Part shown: piece by piece, positions 1-12,085 of the stretch
Position numbering within the stretch: position 1 is the first letter of the stretch
Layout: the number at the start of each line of letters is the position of its first letter
Program-made: the position numbers and the translations under genes
Assembly: GCA_951406725.2 (NCBI GenBank)
Contig: OX597818.1
Location: 42,780,001-42,844,000 of the forward strand
Source of the DNA: Octopus vulgaris
Taxonomy: Eukaryota
Length of the DNA stretch: 64,000 bases
Direction of reading: 5' to 3'
The notes under the pieces: generated by a model
What the model saw: the letters and a program-made list of their open reading frames with translations, nothing else
Databases searched by the model: none
What the model was told of the DNA's origin: nothing

Positions 1-120
1 CTGACTCATACACTGTTCACTTCCCAGACATTTGTACATTACTGCATATGCTTTATACACACTTTTGACAAGTTGTGGTGCACCTGAGCACTGTATACAA
101 TAATTTCATTATTATTATTA
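1..120 (+). mobile_element. CR1-type LINE 3' end
   Basis: Same sequence as the 3' UTR at 39080-39196, ending TTTCATT(ATT)n. Confidence 0.75.
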
Positions 121-698
121 TAGAGCTAAATCCTGGATGATAAAACAAATTGGTTATCTTAGCTATCAGAACACTGGGCTTCAAATATGAGATGACACAA
201 AGTTGAGATACATGACAAAATACTCTAAGGAAAATTTATTGAATAAAACCAACATTGATGCCATGATGATGATGATGAGAGGAAACCAATAATTGTTTCT
301 GTGCTTCTTTTCTTTGGCATAAATAGAAGTGGTATTGATTAGCTCAGCTCAATAAAAGACATCCATTGTCAAAAGAAAAGCTGACTGTAATGATCTATTT
401 GTACACTAGAGATCAGCCCTACCTAAAAAAAAAAGCCAAGATCGTCTGTGTAAGAATGCAGTAGAGCAGGTGACAGAGTCACCAGCACTAAGTAGTTCCT
501 AGGGTGCTCATGGATAATGGCTACCCAGCATTCTTTGCCCAGACACCAGCTAGACAATATAACTCCATAGACGGTTCACACCTCTGACAACAACCACTTG
601 CTTTTTAAAACTGCCGTGGTTTAATGACAGAACAGCTGCTGCAACCCATCAAGTGATCAACAGACAGGAAGTGAATACACAGCTGGTCCACTCCAGGC

Positions 699-950
699 CA
701 GTAGTTCTCAACTGGAGTCCATATGGCTCTTGGGGGTCCATATAAGATTTTGTCGTTAACATTTATGTGCAATAAATTGACAATACTTCTACAATACATA
801 AAATGTTTCAACAATTTTTTATACAATTCACAATAATATTTAATTATAAAACTGTAACAGGATTTTTAAACATCAAATGGCTATGAAGGGCCATTTGAGT
901 GAAACGGTAATCAAGGGAGTCTATAGGATAAAAATGATTGAGAAACACTA
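699..950. mobile_element. hAT (Charlie-like) MITE
   Basis: TIRs CAGTAGTTCTCAA...TTGAGAAACACTA; 8-bp TSD-like ctccaggc/ctctagac (2 mismatches). Confidence 0.7.
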
Positions 951-1177
951 CTCTAGACCTTCCTTGAAAAGACGCCTATTTGGAAGGTGGCTCACACATA
1001 GCAACAATATGGAAATATGTTTACAGGCTTATGTAGTATACTGTGTCATTTATAATAAATATGGCAGGTCTTACATCAGTAACGTTATTCACAAACTGCA
1101 CACCTGCATTAATTCTTTTGTTATCCTATTTCTGTTGCTCTCTCTATTTATCTATCTAACTATATTTATATATGTTA

Positions 1178-1690
1178 CTAGCAGTATCGCCCGGCGTTGC
1201 TCGGGTTTGTAAGGGAAATAACTATATAAGCATTTTTAGAGAGTTACTTCCCTTATAGATGCCAATTCGGGCTTTCTTAGCCATTTCTGTTTTGGTGTCT
1301 TCAAGCCATGAAGTCGTTGTTCTAAAAGAACGCTGGTCTCCTTGACAACGCTTTACGACGTTGATTTCCTTACACTCCCTTCCCCACAGCTTCACGAGGG
1401 AGGGAAGAAGGGGGAGAAGCAAACAGGTGCAGGTGTGACCATGGACGCCAACTCCGCCGCCATCGACACACGAAAAATTATGCATTAAAATGGAATAAAA
1501 AATGATGTTAAATTATTTTTTAAATCGTAGACTCATCGTAGACGCGCGCTAATACTCAGACGGGCTCAATATGAATCACGACTATAAGATACCCGAATTT
1601 GGTTAAACTGCACCGCAAAATGTGGGAGTAGTTAGGAATCTAAATCGAAGGGGACAGACACTCATACAACTACAGTTTTATATATATAGA
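1178..1690 (-). mobile_element. Non-autonomous Helitron
   Basis: On minus strand: 5' TC, 3' CTAG preceded by GC hairpin (cccgagcaacgccggg), inserted at A|T; shorter copy at 52976-53273. Confidence 0.8.
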
Positions 1691-2216
1691 TATGCTTTAA
1701 ATTATATGATATGTAATTAATGTATAATATATATTACTGATGCAAATAAAGTAGTGGATTGGCAATTGGCAGTCATTAGACTAGCTGATAGAATGGGTTG
1801 TGGTATTTTGTTCTAGTTCTCTATGCCCATGGTTCAAATCTTGCTAAAGTTACTTTTGCCTTTCATCATTCCAAGGTCAAAAAATGATGTATCGGTCTAG
1901 TATAAGGATGATTCTTTCCCCTTCCCCTCCATCTCTTTCCCTGTCTTAGCTGGCTACCCTGCACTGCAAGAAAGGTTGAGGCTGTGGTCACTATTCACGG
2001 CATCCCTTTCTCCAGAAATGGAGAAGGACTAAGTGAGTAGCTAGCAGCCTCTTCTCAAAGGAAAACTAATATGTTACTGAAACCATCCAAGGATGGAACA
2101 ATTTGCTGTGCAGCACAGAACAGAAAATAATAAAAGAGAAAAATTGAAATGATACAAATAGATTCTTTGTGAAAGCAACATATCAATAAAACAAGAATTA
2201 ATTTGTATAAACTTAC

Positions 2217-2333
2217 TTGAGTTTGAACCGAGTTCAAGTCTGGTCCTAGCACAGTATAACTAGAACCAACAACAGGTAACCGTACCCAATTGGATACAAG
2301 TTGTGCCAATGGGTTATACAGAGTCACAGTAAA
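2217..2333 (-). CDS. MAN2B1: MAN2B1 exon 14 (gene continues beyond left edge)
   Basis: 117 nt, CAG/GTAAGT; FTVTLYNPLAQLVSNWVRLPVVGSSYTVLGPDLNSVQTQ. Confidence 0.95.
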
Positions 2334-3482
2334 CTGGAATTATAAAAAGTAAATCAAACTTAAAATAAAATAAAATCTTGGTGTAACTAATTCAGAATAT
2401 TTTATTTTGGGGTATTTGAAGAATAAAATAATTACAGAGCTTAATAAATATTCTATGAAATTTGACAGAATTTATTTTCAAGAAACTTCAACTGCTTTAC
2501 CATAAATGTGTCACACGTTGCTTATGGTTAAGTTGAATATCAGTTTTATGGAAGAAAAATCTCTAAATTAATGCATATATAATGATAAATGTTGTAGAAA
2601 TAAAAAAGATTAGTTAATGGAATACATGATATTAAGATATATTTGTTAATTTCTTTGATATTAATATGACAATTTTTGCTGAAGTGTCAGAAGGTGAAAT
2701 TTCATTTCCATGGAATCATTTGCAAACATCATCATCGTCGTCGTCATCATCGTTTAACCTCCACTTTCCATGTTGGCATAGGTTGGGTAGTTTAACTGAG
2801 GGCTGACAAGCCAGAAGGCTGCACCAGGCTCCAATCCAATCTGGTGATGTTTCTACAGCTGAGAAATCCATTACAGTCATCTGTCATTCACTGGAATTAT
2901 TTTTTTAGTGGTATTTTGTCCATCCTTATGTTTTGAGTTCAAAAGCCACCAAGGTCCACTTGGCCCTTTGTCCTTACAGGGTTGATAAAATAAGTACCAG
3001 TTGAACACTAGAGTCAACGTAATTAACTAGCCGACTCCCACCAGATTTCAGGCCTTGTGCCTCTTGGAGACAATTATTTAGTTAGAGTAGGAGCTAGTAG
3101 GGCATTCATGATTTTTGCAAGCCTTCTCAGACAGGTATGTTTTACAAAGTTGATGTTCCTCTTAAATTTTGACATGCTGAGATTGTATGATATACTTGGT
3201 TGAAGTAAATTCAAAGCATTACAGTTCTGAGGAGATAGCTTTTGAACAAAGTATTTAATCTATATTAAATATTCCTTCTTCTCTCTTTTATTGGTCCCTA
3301 ATCAAAATAAATCAAGGCACACATGGTATTGGACATATGAGTTACTCATAAGTTCCAATTGGTATTTCTATGATCCATGTCAGCTCAAGTAAACCTGAGT
3401 AGTATTAATAAAAAGCAGTAATCTTCTAAATATTCTAATACTCCATCAACCACTTTCTCTTCTTTGCAATAACCTCTCTAAA

Positions 3483-3693
3483 CCCTTTAGCATTTAAACC
3501 GGCCATATCCAGCCCAAATATTCTACCTGTGTTATGTTCAAACCAGCCACATCTGACAACTACCCAAAAATGTCATTCTGAAAATAAGCAATCACATCAT
3601 CAAAATCTCAAAGCTATGAGATAATTTTGATAATTCAAAACAATGTGAACAAATAAGCATTACATTTGACAGAATAGTTTGAATGCTAAAGGG
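3483..3693. mobile_element. piggyBac-like MITE
   Basis: TIR CCCTTTAGCATT...AATGCTAAAGGG; degenerate TTAA flanks. Confidence 0.65.
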
Positions 3694-4014
3694 TCAAAGA
3701 AATCTGTTATTTTACCCACAAACAACAAGGTTTGTCTCAGTTCTAAGATTTTACCAAACATCACAGTCCTCCTTGAGAGCCTTTCCAATGACATCTCCAA
3801 ATAAACATTACCTGGCTAAAATTTAAATTAAATACTAGTTTTCTGTAGCTATCATAATTCGCTATTTCACAAATCCTGTGGAAGTAGAGAAATAGTACTT
3901 TCCAAGAAAAAAAATCTTTTTTTGCTTTTTGTCAAGTTTCTAAGTAAAATAAAATAAAATTTTAAAAATTAAGTGAGTTCCAAAATCAAATCAATTTTGA
4001 ATAAAATGACATAC

Positions 4015-4134
4015 CTCATTTAAATGTTCAGTTATTTCACACATTGATATATTTAGTAAAGAACAGAAATAATGAGCAGGTGGAGTCTCTTCAGTTTTTG
4101 GTAGCAATTTTGTATATGCTGCATTTGTTAATTT
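4015..4134 (-). CDS. MAN2B1: MAN2B1 exon 13
   Basis: 120 nt, CAG/GTATGT; KLTNAAYTKLLPKTEETPPAHYFCSLLNISMCEITEHLNE (conserved C-x-x-LNIS-x-C). Confidence 0.93.
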
Positions 4135-4782
4135 CTGGAAGAAAAAAAATTATTTAATATTTCTGTCACTTATCACAACAAAATACAAATCCTGCAGATA
4201 ATATTCAATATACAGTGGGGTACTCATATATAAACACTTCTCTAAACAAACAAACAGAATTTGTTTTTCAGAACAGTCTTTCTGAAAAAAATTAAACTTG
4301 CATAACGAGCTGATATTTAATCAACAAATAATGAGCATGGCTGTTGCTAGTACCGCCTGATTGGCCCTTGTACCGGTGGCACATACAAGCACCCACTACA
4401 CTCTCGGAGTGGTTGGAGTTAGGAAGGGCATTGAGCTGTAGAAACTCTGCCAGATTAAGATTGGAGCCTGGTGCAGCCATCTGGTTCACCAGCCCTCAGT
4501 CAAATCGTCCAACCTAGTTTAATTATAATCATACCACTGCCACCTTCCAACTTGATTCACAGATACCATGGAAGAATACAAAGAAATTTCAGCTTAAAAT
4601 CATTAGAAATTTAAAGGTAGCAAGTCATAAGATTAGTTTTAGTCTTATTTCCCTCTGTTCAGAGTTCAAATTCTGTTTGAGTAAATTTTACTTTTTCCAT
4701 TGTTTTGGTCGATAAATTACAAAGATGAGTTAGAAGCTAATATCACTAGAATAGGAAACCAAATAAATTACAAAAAAAAATT

Positions 4783-5184
4783 ATGACTGTGTGATAAGTA
4801 GCTTGCTTACGAACCACATGGTTCCAGGTTCAGTCCCACTGCATGGCACCTTGGGCAAGTGTCTTCTACTATAGCCTCAGGCTGACCAAAGCCTTGTGAG
4901 TGAATTTGGTAGATGAAACTGAAAGAAGCCCATCGTATATATATGTATATATATGTATGTGTATGTGCATGCTTCTGTGTCTATTTTTGTCTCCCCAACA
5001 TCGCTGGACAACCGATGCTGGTGTGTTTACACCCCCATAACTTAGTGGTTCGGCAAAAGAGACCGAGAGAATAAGTACTAGGCTTACAAAGAATAAGTCT
5101 AGGGGGCGATTTGCTTGACTAAAGGCGGTGCTCCAGCATGGCTACAGTTAAATGACTGAAACAAGTAAAAGAGTAAAAGAGAGT
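4783..5184 (+). mobile_element. tRNA-derived SINE family A
   Basis: tRNA-like head (tgtggtaag...ggttcagtccc), central ccttgggcaagt domain, internal (TA/TG)n, tail gaaacaagtaaaagag; many copies in window. Confidence 0.85.
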
Positions 5185-5544
5185 ATTAAATTGCAGGCAA
5201 ATAAAATCCAGTTGTAAATGTTCTTCTAAGGACACCCAGAATGAACTAGACAATTCCAGTAACCAACATAGAAATGCCAAATATAATATTATAAAAAAAA
5301 ATGAACCCTCCAAATTACAATTTTCTTAAACTGATATAGGAAAAACATTTTAAATACTAGTTTATTTAGATGTCAGTGATTTCTGACACAGCTAAATCTC
5401 ATATGTTCATTCATAGTTGTGTGCCATCGGCTAAATAGATAAGAAGTATTGCATGTAGGAGTTAGTGATTAAAATCATAGATAAGATAATTATTTAAATC
5501 TTTAAAAGAGCCAACTTAAAACAGGAAAAGTGACAAACAATCAC

Positions 5545-5925
5545 ATCATCATCATTTAACATCCACTTTCCATGCTGGCATGGGTTGGACGGTTTGACTG
5601 AGTTCTGGCAAACCAGATGGGTGCACCAGGCTCCAATCTGATCTGGCAGAGTTTCTACAGCTGGATGCCTTTCCTAACGCCAAGAGTGTAGTGGGTGCTC
5701 TTACGTGCCACAGGCACGAGGGCCAGTCAGGCGGTACTGGCAACGGCCACGCTCAAATGGTGTTTTTTATGTGCCACCTGCACAGGAGTCAGTCCAGTGG
5801 CACTAGCAACGACCTCGCTCAAATGTTTTTTCACGTGCCACCAGCACAAGTGCCAGTAAGGCGATGCAGGTAACGATCATGCTCGAATGGTGTTTTTTTA
5901 TGTGCCATCGGCACTGAGGCCAGCT
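5545..5925 (-). mobile_element. RTE-type LINE 3' end with (GAT)n tail and tandem hairpin array
   Basis: Same family as the 3' part of the RT-bearing copy at 17397-18216. About 20 copies in window, e.g. 2727, 4330(+), 13738, 21034, 23511(+), 28386, 32566, 33301(+), 44695, 52113(+), 59979. Confidence 0.8.
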
Positions 5926-5959
5926 TGTTGCTCATCTAATTAAAAAGATGCTAACTCAC

Positions 5960-6029
5960 CTGGTAGGATTCAGCACCAGCAGTCAATCTAGCTGTATAAT
6001 CATTAGCAACTGCTTGTTTCTCTGTCCCC
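5960..6029 (-). CDS. MAN2B1: MAN2B1 exon 12
   Basis: 70 nt, TAG/GTGAGT; (T)GTEKQAVANDYTARLTAGAESYQ. Confidence 0.95.
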
Positions 6030-6129
6030 CTAACAAGTAAAACATAAAAGAGACAAATTATAAAATATAACAGCAATCTTTTTGTTATTGGCTTTGAAAT
6101 TAGAGTATTATTTTGATGAAATAAATTTT

Positions 6130-6251
6130 TTAAAAGGTAGTCTAGAATTTCTTGATTTAACGATGAGCTTTCAACAAACATGGAAAGAACCAGGCTGAGT
6201 AACGTACAGTATAACATCATCATGAGACAGTGGAAGATTCTCAGCCATGTG

Positions 6252-6291
<40 letters not shown>

Positions 6292-6520
6292 CCATGATGA
6301 GATCAATGACTGCCCCTCTCAAGTAGAAGCCAGAGAGCAGAGTATAGTAATTCAGATCTGTTGAGACCTGGTTGAGAATTGTGGTGGGAAACTTGGCAGT
6401 TATGGGCCTTGCTTGGGAGCAGACACGTGACAGTGCTTGCAACCATGCCAGGAGGCGGTGGGGTAGGGGTGAGATCTTTCAATGCCCAATGCTCCATATG
6501 GAGTGGGAAGAACTAAGACT
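6130..6520 (+). mobile_element. Decayed RTE-like LINE 3' fragment (second family)
   Basis: Translation TWLRIVVGNLAVMGLAWEQTRDSACNHARRRW resembles the RTE ORF C-terminus; interrupted by (TG)n. Confidence 0.5.
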
Positions 6521-6690
6521 TCAACACAATATCTTACACAAGGTTTCAGTAAGCAATGGTAAAGAGGGATACTAGAATGATGTTCTGTTGTCTTCCTCAG
6601 GCTCCATAACAAGACACCTAAGTTTTCTTTTGTCACAGCCACTTAAACACTGTATAAGCTAACCAAATACTTAACAATTATACAATGTTT

Positions 6691-7020
6691 ACGGAGATGT
6701 GCTTGCAAAGCAAGGGACCTGATCTGAGATCGTGTGCTGGAACGAAAACAATTGCAGCGTGGAAGGTGTTTATAAGCCATTTAAGAAACACACAAAAACC
6801 GTTAGATTCACTTCAACATTTAAATTTAATTTGTCAAAATATTTTTGTCGCTTTGAGACCGAGACCTGTTCACTAACACAATTCTGTGCTGTCAGTGAAC
6901 AGGTCGCAGTCCCAAAGCGACAAAAATATTTTGACAAATTAAATTTAAATGTTGAAGTGAATCTAACGGTTTTTGTGTGTTTCTTAAATGGCTTATAAAC
7001 ACCTTTCACGCTGCAATTGT
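6691..7020. mobile_element. Foldback insertion, probably inverted Penelope-like pLTR fragment, 11-bp TSD
   Basis: Near-perfect inverted repeat 6748-7020 (~130-bp arms); ATACAATGTTT duplicated at 6680-6690 and 7021-7031; hammerhead-like topology at 6890-6936. Confidence 0.7.
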
Positions 7021-7194
7021 ATACAATGTTTGTTGTCTATATAAGTTGAACTATTGAGAGTGAATGCAGTGCAAGGCTGGTGAGATGGATGGGAACCATC
7101 AACCGTTTAATAAGTAAGACAGCATCTTATTAGCTTAAAAAGTTGAAAGTTTTAAAGTTATTTAAAATAAAATTTCAAAAAAAAGTTAACTCAC

Positions 7195-7234
7195 GTCACA
7201 GCATCATGATGTTGAGCAATACTTAAAGGCTCCC
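7195..7234 (-). CDS. MAN2B1: MAN2B1 exon 11 (40-nt micro-exon, HHDA Zn-ligand motif)
   Basis: CAG/GTGAGT; WEPLSIAQHHDAVT. Confidence 0.93.
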
Positions 7235-7889
7235 CTGCAATAAACATTAAGATGCACAACTGTAATATAAACAACGCAGTCATGTTTCTTCAAAGCTCTG
7301 CTCCAACTCCATCTGATATCTCTAATATACAATTCCACCAACACAAAGGCACACACACACATTCATACAGACATATGCATAGGCACAGGGATGGGTGTGC
7401 AGTGAGCAGCCTGCTTCCCAACCACATGGTTCTGGATTCAATCCCACTACATGCCACTTTGAGCAAGTGCCTTCTACTATAGTTTCAGGCTGGCAAAGCT
7501 TTGTGAGTGGATTTAGCAGAATGGAAACTGAAAGAAGCCTGTTGTATGTGTGTGTGTCTGTCTCCCACCACCGCTTGACAAACAGTGTTGGTGTATTTAC
7601 ATCCCATATTTTGCGATTCAATAACAGAGACAGGTTCTATAAGACTGGAATTTTGGAATATGCGCATAAAAATCAGAAGTATGGGATACATGTGGCACAA
7701 TTACAATTTTTTTACGCTGTGTAAAGAGGGAAATAACCTTCATCTGCAATTTTGATGAAATTCGAAACATAGGTATTCCAGTTCATTACAGAAAATATAA
7801 CAGAAAAGTCTAATTCTTCAATTGCATGTAACACGGGTATCTCTGCTAGTATATATATTTATTTATTTATTTATATATATAGATGATGA

Positions 7890-7937
<48 letters not shown>

Positions 7938-8208
7938 CACCATCATCATCATTGTTTAACATTCATCTTCCATGCATGCATGGGTAGGACAGTTGACAGG
8001 AGCCAGCCAAGTAGAAAAACTACTCTAGGCTACTGTGTCTGTTTTGGCAGGGATTTTACGGTGTGATGCCCTTCCTAACACCAACCACTCTGCAACAAAC
8101 TCTTTCAGTTTCCATCTACCAAATCCACTCAAGGCTTCGATTGGCCCAGGGTTTGCGCAAGGTTCCACACAGAGGGGTGAAAAAATGAATAAATAAAGTT
8201 TTACTTAC

Positions 8209-8269
8209 ACACTCTAAACAAATCTATGTGGTTCTGAAGTTGAGCAAACACGTCTAAATGTCGACTGAC
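8209..8269 (-). CDS. MAN2B1: MAN2B1 exon 10
   Basis: 61 nt, CAG/GTAAGT; VSRHLDVFAQLQNHIDLFRV; phase 0 to phase 1 matches both flanking exons. Confidence 0.88.
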
Positions 8270-8763
8270 CTGTCAAAATATTTCCAAAGCAAAAGCAAAA
8301 ACAAAAATTACTGTCAAATTTTTCAGATAATTATTTTAGTTATTTCAGATTTAGAATGTTAATTAAAAAACTTCTTTTTTTTTTATGGTTTATTTAATTT
8401 TTTTATTGTCATTATATTTTTACTGGTGTGCCTACGAACATTACAGTAGATTGTTTTTCTACATTCTGTGTTCAAACTCAACTGGAGTTAACTTTAACTT
8501 TCAACCCTATGGGATTAAATAAACTATACACTCTCTCTCTCTGTCTGTGTTTGCCCCCGACCACTGCATGACAACTGGTATTGGAGTGTTTATGTCCCCA
8601 TAACTTAGCGGTTCAGCAAAAAAAGAACAACAGAATAAGCACAAGACTTAACTAAAAAAAAATAAGTAGTGGGGATCAATTCACTTGTCTAAAAATTCTT
8701 CAAAGTGGTGCCCCAGCATGGTCACAGTTTAATAACTAAAACAAGTAAACAATAAAAGATATA

Positions 8764-10052
8764 TTGGGTCATCCCATAAATAATGCAGTTTTTTCAATTG
8801 CATGAACTAAAAGTCAGAGGGGGACAAGATAAACTACCTGCATCAACTTGCTATAAAAGCAGGTGGTAATTTTACCTTGCCCTTATTCTTAGTGTGAGTT
8901 TTGAAGAGTGCAGTTCGTTTTTAACAGTTATTTTTTCAAAGCTATAATGGAAGTGACAAAGGAGCATATTTGGCATATTTTGCTTTATGAGTTCAATAAA
9001 GGCAACAATGCAATGGAAAATGTGAGGAATATTAATGCAGTATATGAGGATTGGACAATAAGCATAAACCAGTGTCAATGGTAGTTCCAGGAATTCTGAG
9101 CCAGAAACTACAGTCTAGAAGATGAGCCTCATCCTGGAAGATCTGTAGAGCTTGATGAGGATGTCCTACAAAACCTGGTGGAACAAAATCCCATCGTAAC
9201 TGTTGAGGAACTAGCAGAGAAGCTTGGATTTGGTCAATCAACCATTCATCAACACCTGCGTGCCGTCGGAAAAGTCAGCAAATTGAGTCAATGGGTCCCT
9301 CACAAACTTTCTGAGTCTAATCGCATGCAGAGGGTGAATGTGTGCTCTTCTTTGCTGTCACATCTCATGAATGAACCTTTTTTTTTTTGACCGAATAGTG
9401 ACTGGTGACAAGAAATGGGTTCTCTATAAAAGTGTCAAGTGCTGAAGTCAGTGGGTAGGGAAAAGAGAAACACCAACACCCCAGGCTAAAGCAGGTCTTC
9501 ACCCACATAAGGTGTTGTTATCTGTTCAGTGGGATATGAAAGATTTAGTCTAGTTTGAACTTTTAAACCCAAACCAAACAATAAAGGAGATCTACTACCA
9601 GCAGCTTGAGCGGCTTAAGACAGTGCTAGAAGAAAAACGACCATCTTTGGTTTCAAGACAAAAGGTGTCTTTTCATCACGATAATGCTTGGCCGCATACA
9701 GCGAGGATGACTTTCCAAAGGCTGGAGCAGTTTGAATGGGAAATGGTGCCCCACCCACCATATTTGCCGGAATTGCCCCTTCTGAATATCATTTATTCCG
9801 CAGTCTTCAAAATCATTTGGACGGAAAAAATATGAATTCTGTAGACAAGTTCAGGACAGTACTAGAGGAACATTTTTCATCATGAACAAGTGAATTTTGG
9901 AAGAGGGGCCTTGCAAGTCTACCAGATAGATAGAAGAGCATTGTAGAAAATGAAGGAGAATATATTTTAGATTAAAAAAGAACTTTGTTTATCTTAATTT
10001 TGAAAAATAACCGAAGTATAAAAACAACTGCATTATTTATGGGATGTCCCAA
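8764..10052 (+). mobile_element. Full-length decayed mariner transposon (transposase pseudogene ~8947-9975)
   Basis: TIRs TTGGGTCATCCCATAAATAATGCAG / CTGCATTATTTATGGGATGTCCCAA with TA TSD; motifs WVPHKL, VTGDKKW, HHDNAWPH, HPPY with stops and frameshifts. Confidence 0.92.
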
Positions 10053-10464
10053 TATATATTATATATTATTTATGGGATGTCCCAATGGCCATGAGTAATG
10101 AAATAGTATCTGCTGGACATAGTATCTGCTGGACATAAGATAGATATGAAGACTTTCCTTTTTTTTTAACCTCATGTCAACTCTGATCAAGCAGGCCTGT
10201 AGCATACAGATTGTCAAGATCAATGACTAGATCAATACAGTTATCCATTGTTCAGATATACAGAATGGGACAATGGCTGCAGCTGTCTGGATGCTGGCAA
10301 TGTGGCACAGCCAACTGGACATAGAACCTGTTTTGGCACTGGAGGCAAGCATACACACATATGCATGCAGAAATGTGCACTTAAAAGTATGCATATATAT
10401 ATGTCCTGTTATTATTATGATTATTATTATTATTATTATTTTATTGTATTTTGTATTTATATTC

Positions 10465-10754
10465 ATGTAACATCGTCTGTTTCCCCATCCTTGTTTTCGT
10501 ATACAATCGATGCTTTTTTCCAAGGAATCTAATGCTCTTAGCTTAGTTTTTCCTTGGGGCTGGCCAGATTGGAGCAATCTCAAGATTAATCAGCCGAAAT
10601 TGCGAGGATGATCTGGTTCTTGACTGAGGATAAAAGGCTTTGAATGACCCGTCCTTGTTTTTTTGTACCGTCTATCTGGATGCTTTGTTGTCCCTTTTTG
10701 TATCACCTAGTTGTCCGGATGTTTTGCGTTCTTGTCCCATTTTGTATTTTATTT

Positions 10755-10755
<1 letters not shown>
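10465..10755. repeat. Unclassified dispersed repeat embedded in (TAT)n/(TA)n; second copy 35505-35750
   Basis: Direct similarity between the two loci (aatctaatgctc...gattaatcagccgaaattgcgaggatgatc). Confidence 0.75.
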
Positions 10756-10790
<35 letters not shown>

Positions 10791-11548
10791 TAATGCCACT
10801 GTTACCACTCTTGCAATATGCATATACGGGTGTGTTTATGTGAGTGGGTGGGCATGTATGTGGTGGCATAGGCAGGGTAAGGTTAGAATGACAGAAAAAT
10901 GCATGAAAACAGATAAATTCATGCAAATATGTACAATTCCAATATACAACCATACACATCCATGCAAATATGCAGATGGGCACATGCACATATAAACACA
11001 TGCATACACGCATATACAGAGATGTGCATAGGTATATATACACATGTGCACACACATTCAGGAACACATACACAAGAATGCACACATGCAAGCATATATA
11101 CAGACACCTATTCAAAAAAACACCACACTAAATGTACACACACACACACGAACATTCACACTCACAGAACTGGCTCAACCACATGAATACACATTTTGCA
11201 TATGCATGTGTACACACCCACTCACATATGCATGCAGGTGCTCACACACACCTACCCTGTCCTCCCTCCTGCATAAGGAACTACATCGTACACCCATAAA
11301 TCTTTACAAGGTAACAAACAAAGCCCTAGCAGATCTGAGGCTGTAGTGACCTTGAACAAAAGACCAAACACTTAAAGAGGTCGTGAATGGCTTATGCACA
11401 CACACAAACATACAAGCAGTCATGCAAGAGTACACACACACACACACACACACATGCACTCTTCGTTTGTTCACACCCTTACCTTCTCTTCTAAGTAAAC
11501 ACATAACTACATACACACAGGCATAAGACCAATTTTCAGACGGACCCA

Positions 11549-11940
11549 ATTATATCGACCCCAGTGTTCAGCTGGACCCTTATTTTATCAACCCTAACAG
11601 AACGAAAGGCAAAGTCAACCTCAGCAGAATTTGAACTCAGAATATAAAGACAGACAAAATGCCACCTAGCATTTTTCCCAGCGTACTTATCAACTCTGCC
11701 AGCACACCTGTTTCTTTACTACCCACAAGGGGTTAAACACAGAGAGGACAAACAAGGACAGACAAACGGATTAAGTCGATTATATCGACCCCAGTGCATA
11801 ACTGGTACTTATTTAATTGACCCCGAGAGGATGAAAGGCGAAGTCAACCTCGGCGGAATTTGAACTCAGAATGTAACGGCAGACGAAATACTGCTAAGCA
11901 TTTCGCCCGGCGTGCCAACAATTCTGCCAGCACACCACCG
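11549..11940 (-). mobile_element. tRNA-derived SINE family B (tandem/dimeric copy)
   Basis: Minus strand gctggcagaa...gttctgagttcaaattccgccgagg (B-box) ...ggggtcgat; same family at 16188-16427, 27101, 27854, 36955. Confidence 0.8.
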
Positions 11941-12085
11941 TAATAAATAGGATTATTAATAGAAATCACATATTAATACCATACTTTGAATATTAATTCT
12001 CTTTTTTGTTTTTTAGCATACATTTTCTTGTCATTGAAAAAGAGCAAAAATGAACTGAACTGTCATTGTTTCAACACAAACTTAC

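Noticed and set aside
6732-7009. Mirror-image ORFs on both strands (also 54659-54918)
   Set aside because: Artefact of long inverted repeats.
10711-11549. Cluster of overlapping Cys/Val/His/Thr-rich ORFs (also 49989-50795)
   Set aside because: Translations of (CA)n/(TA)n/(TACA)n low-complexity DNA.
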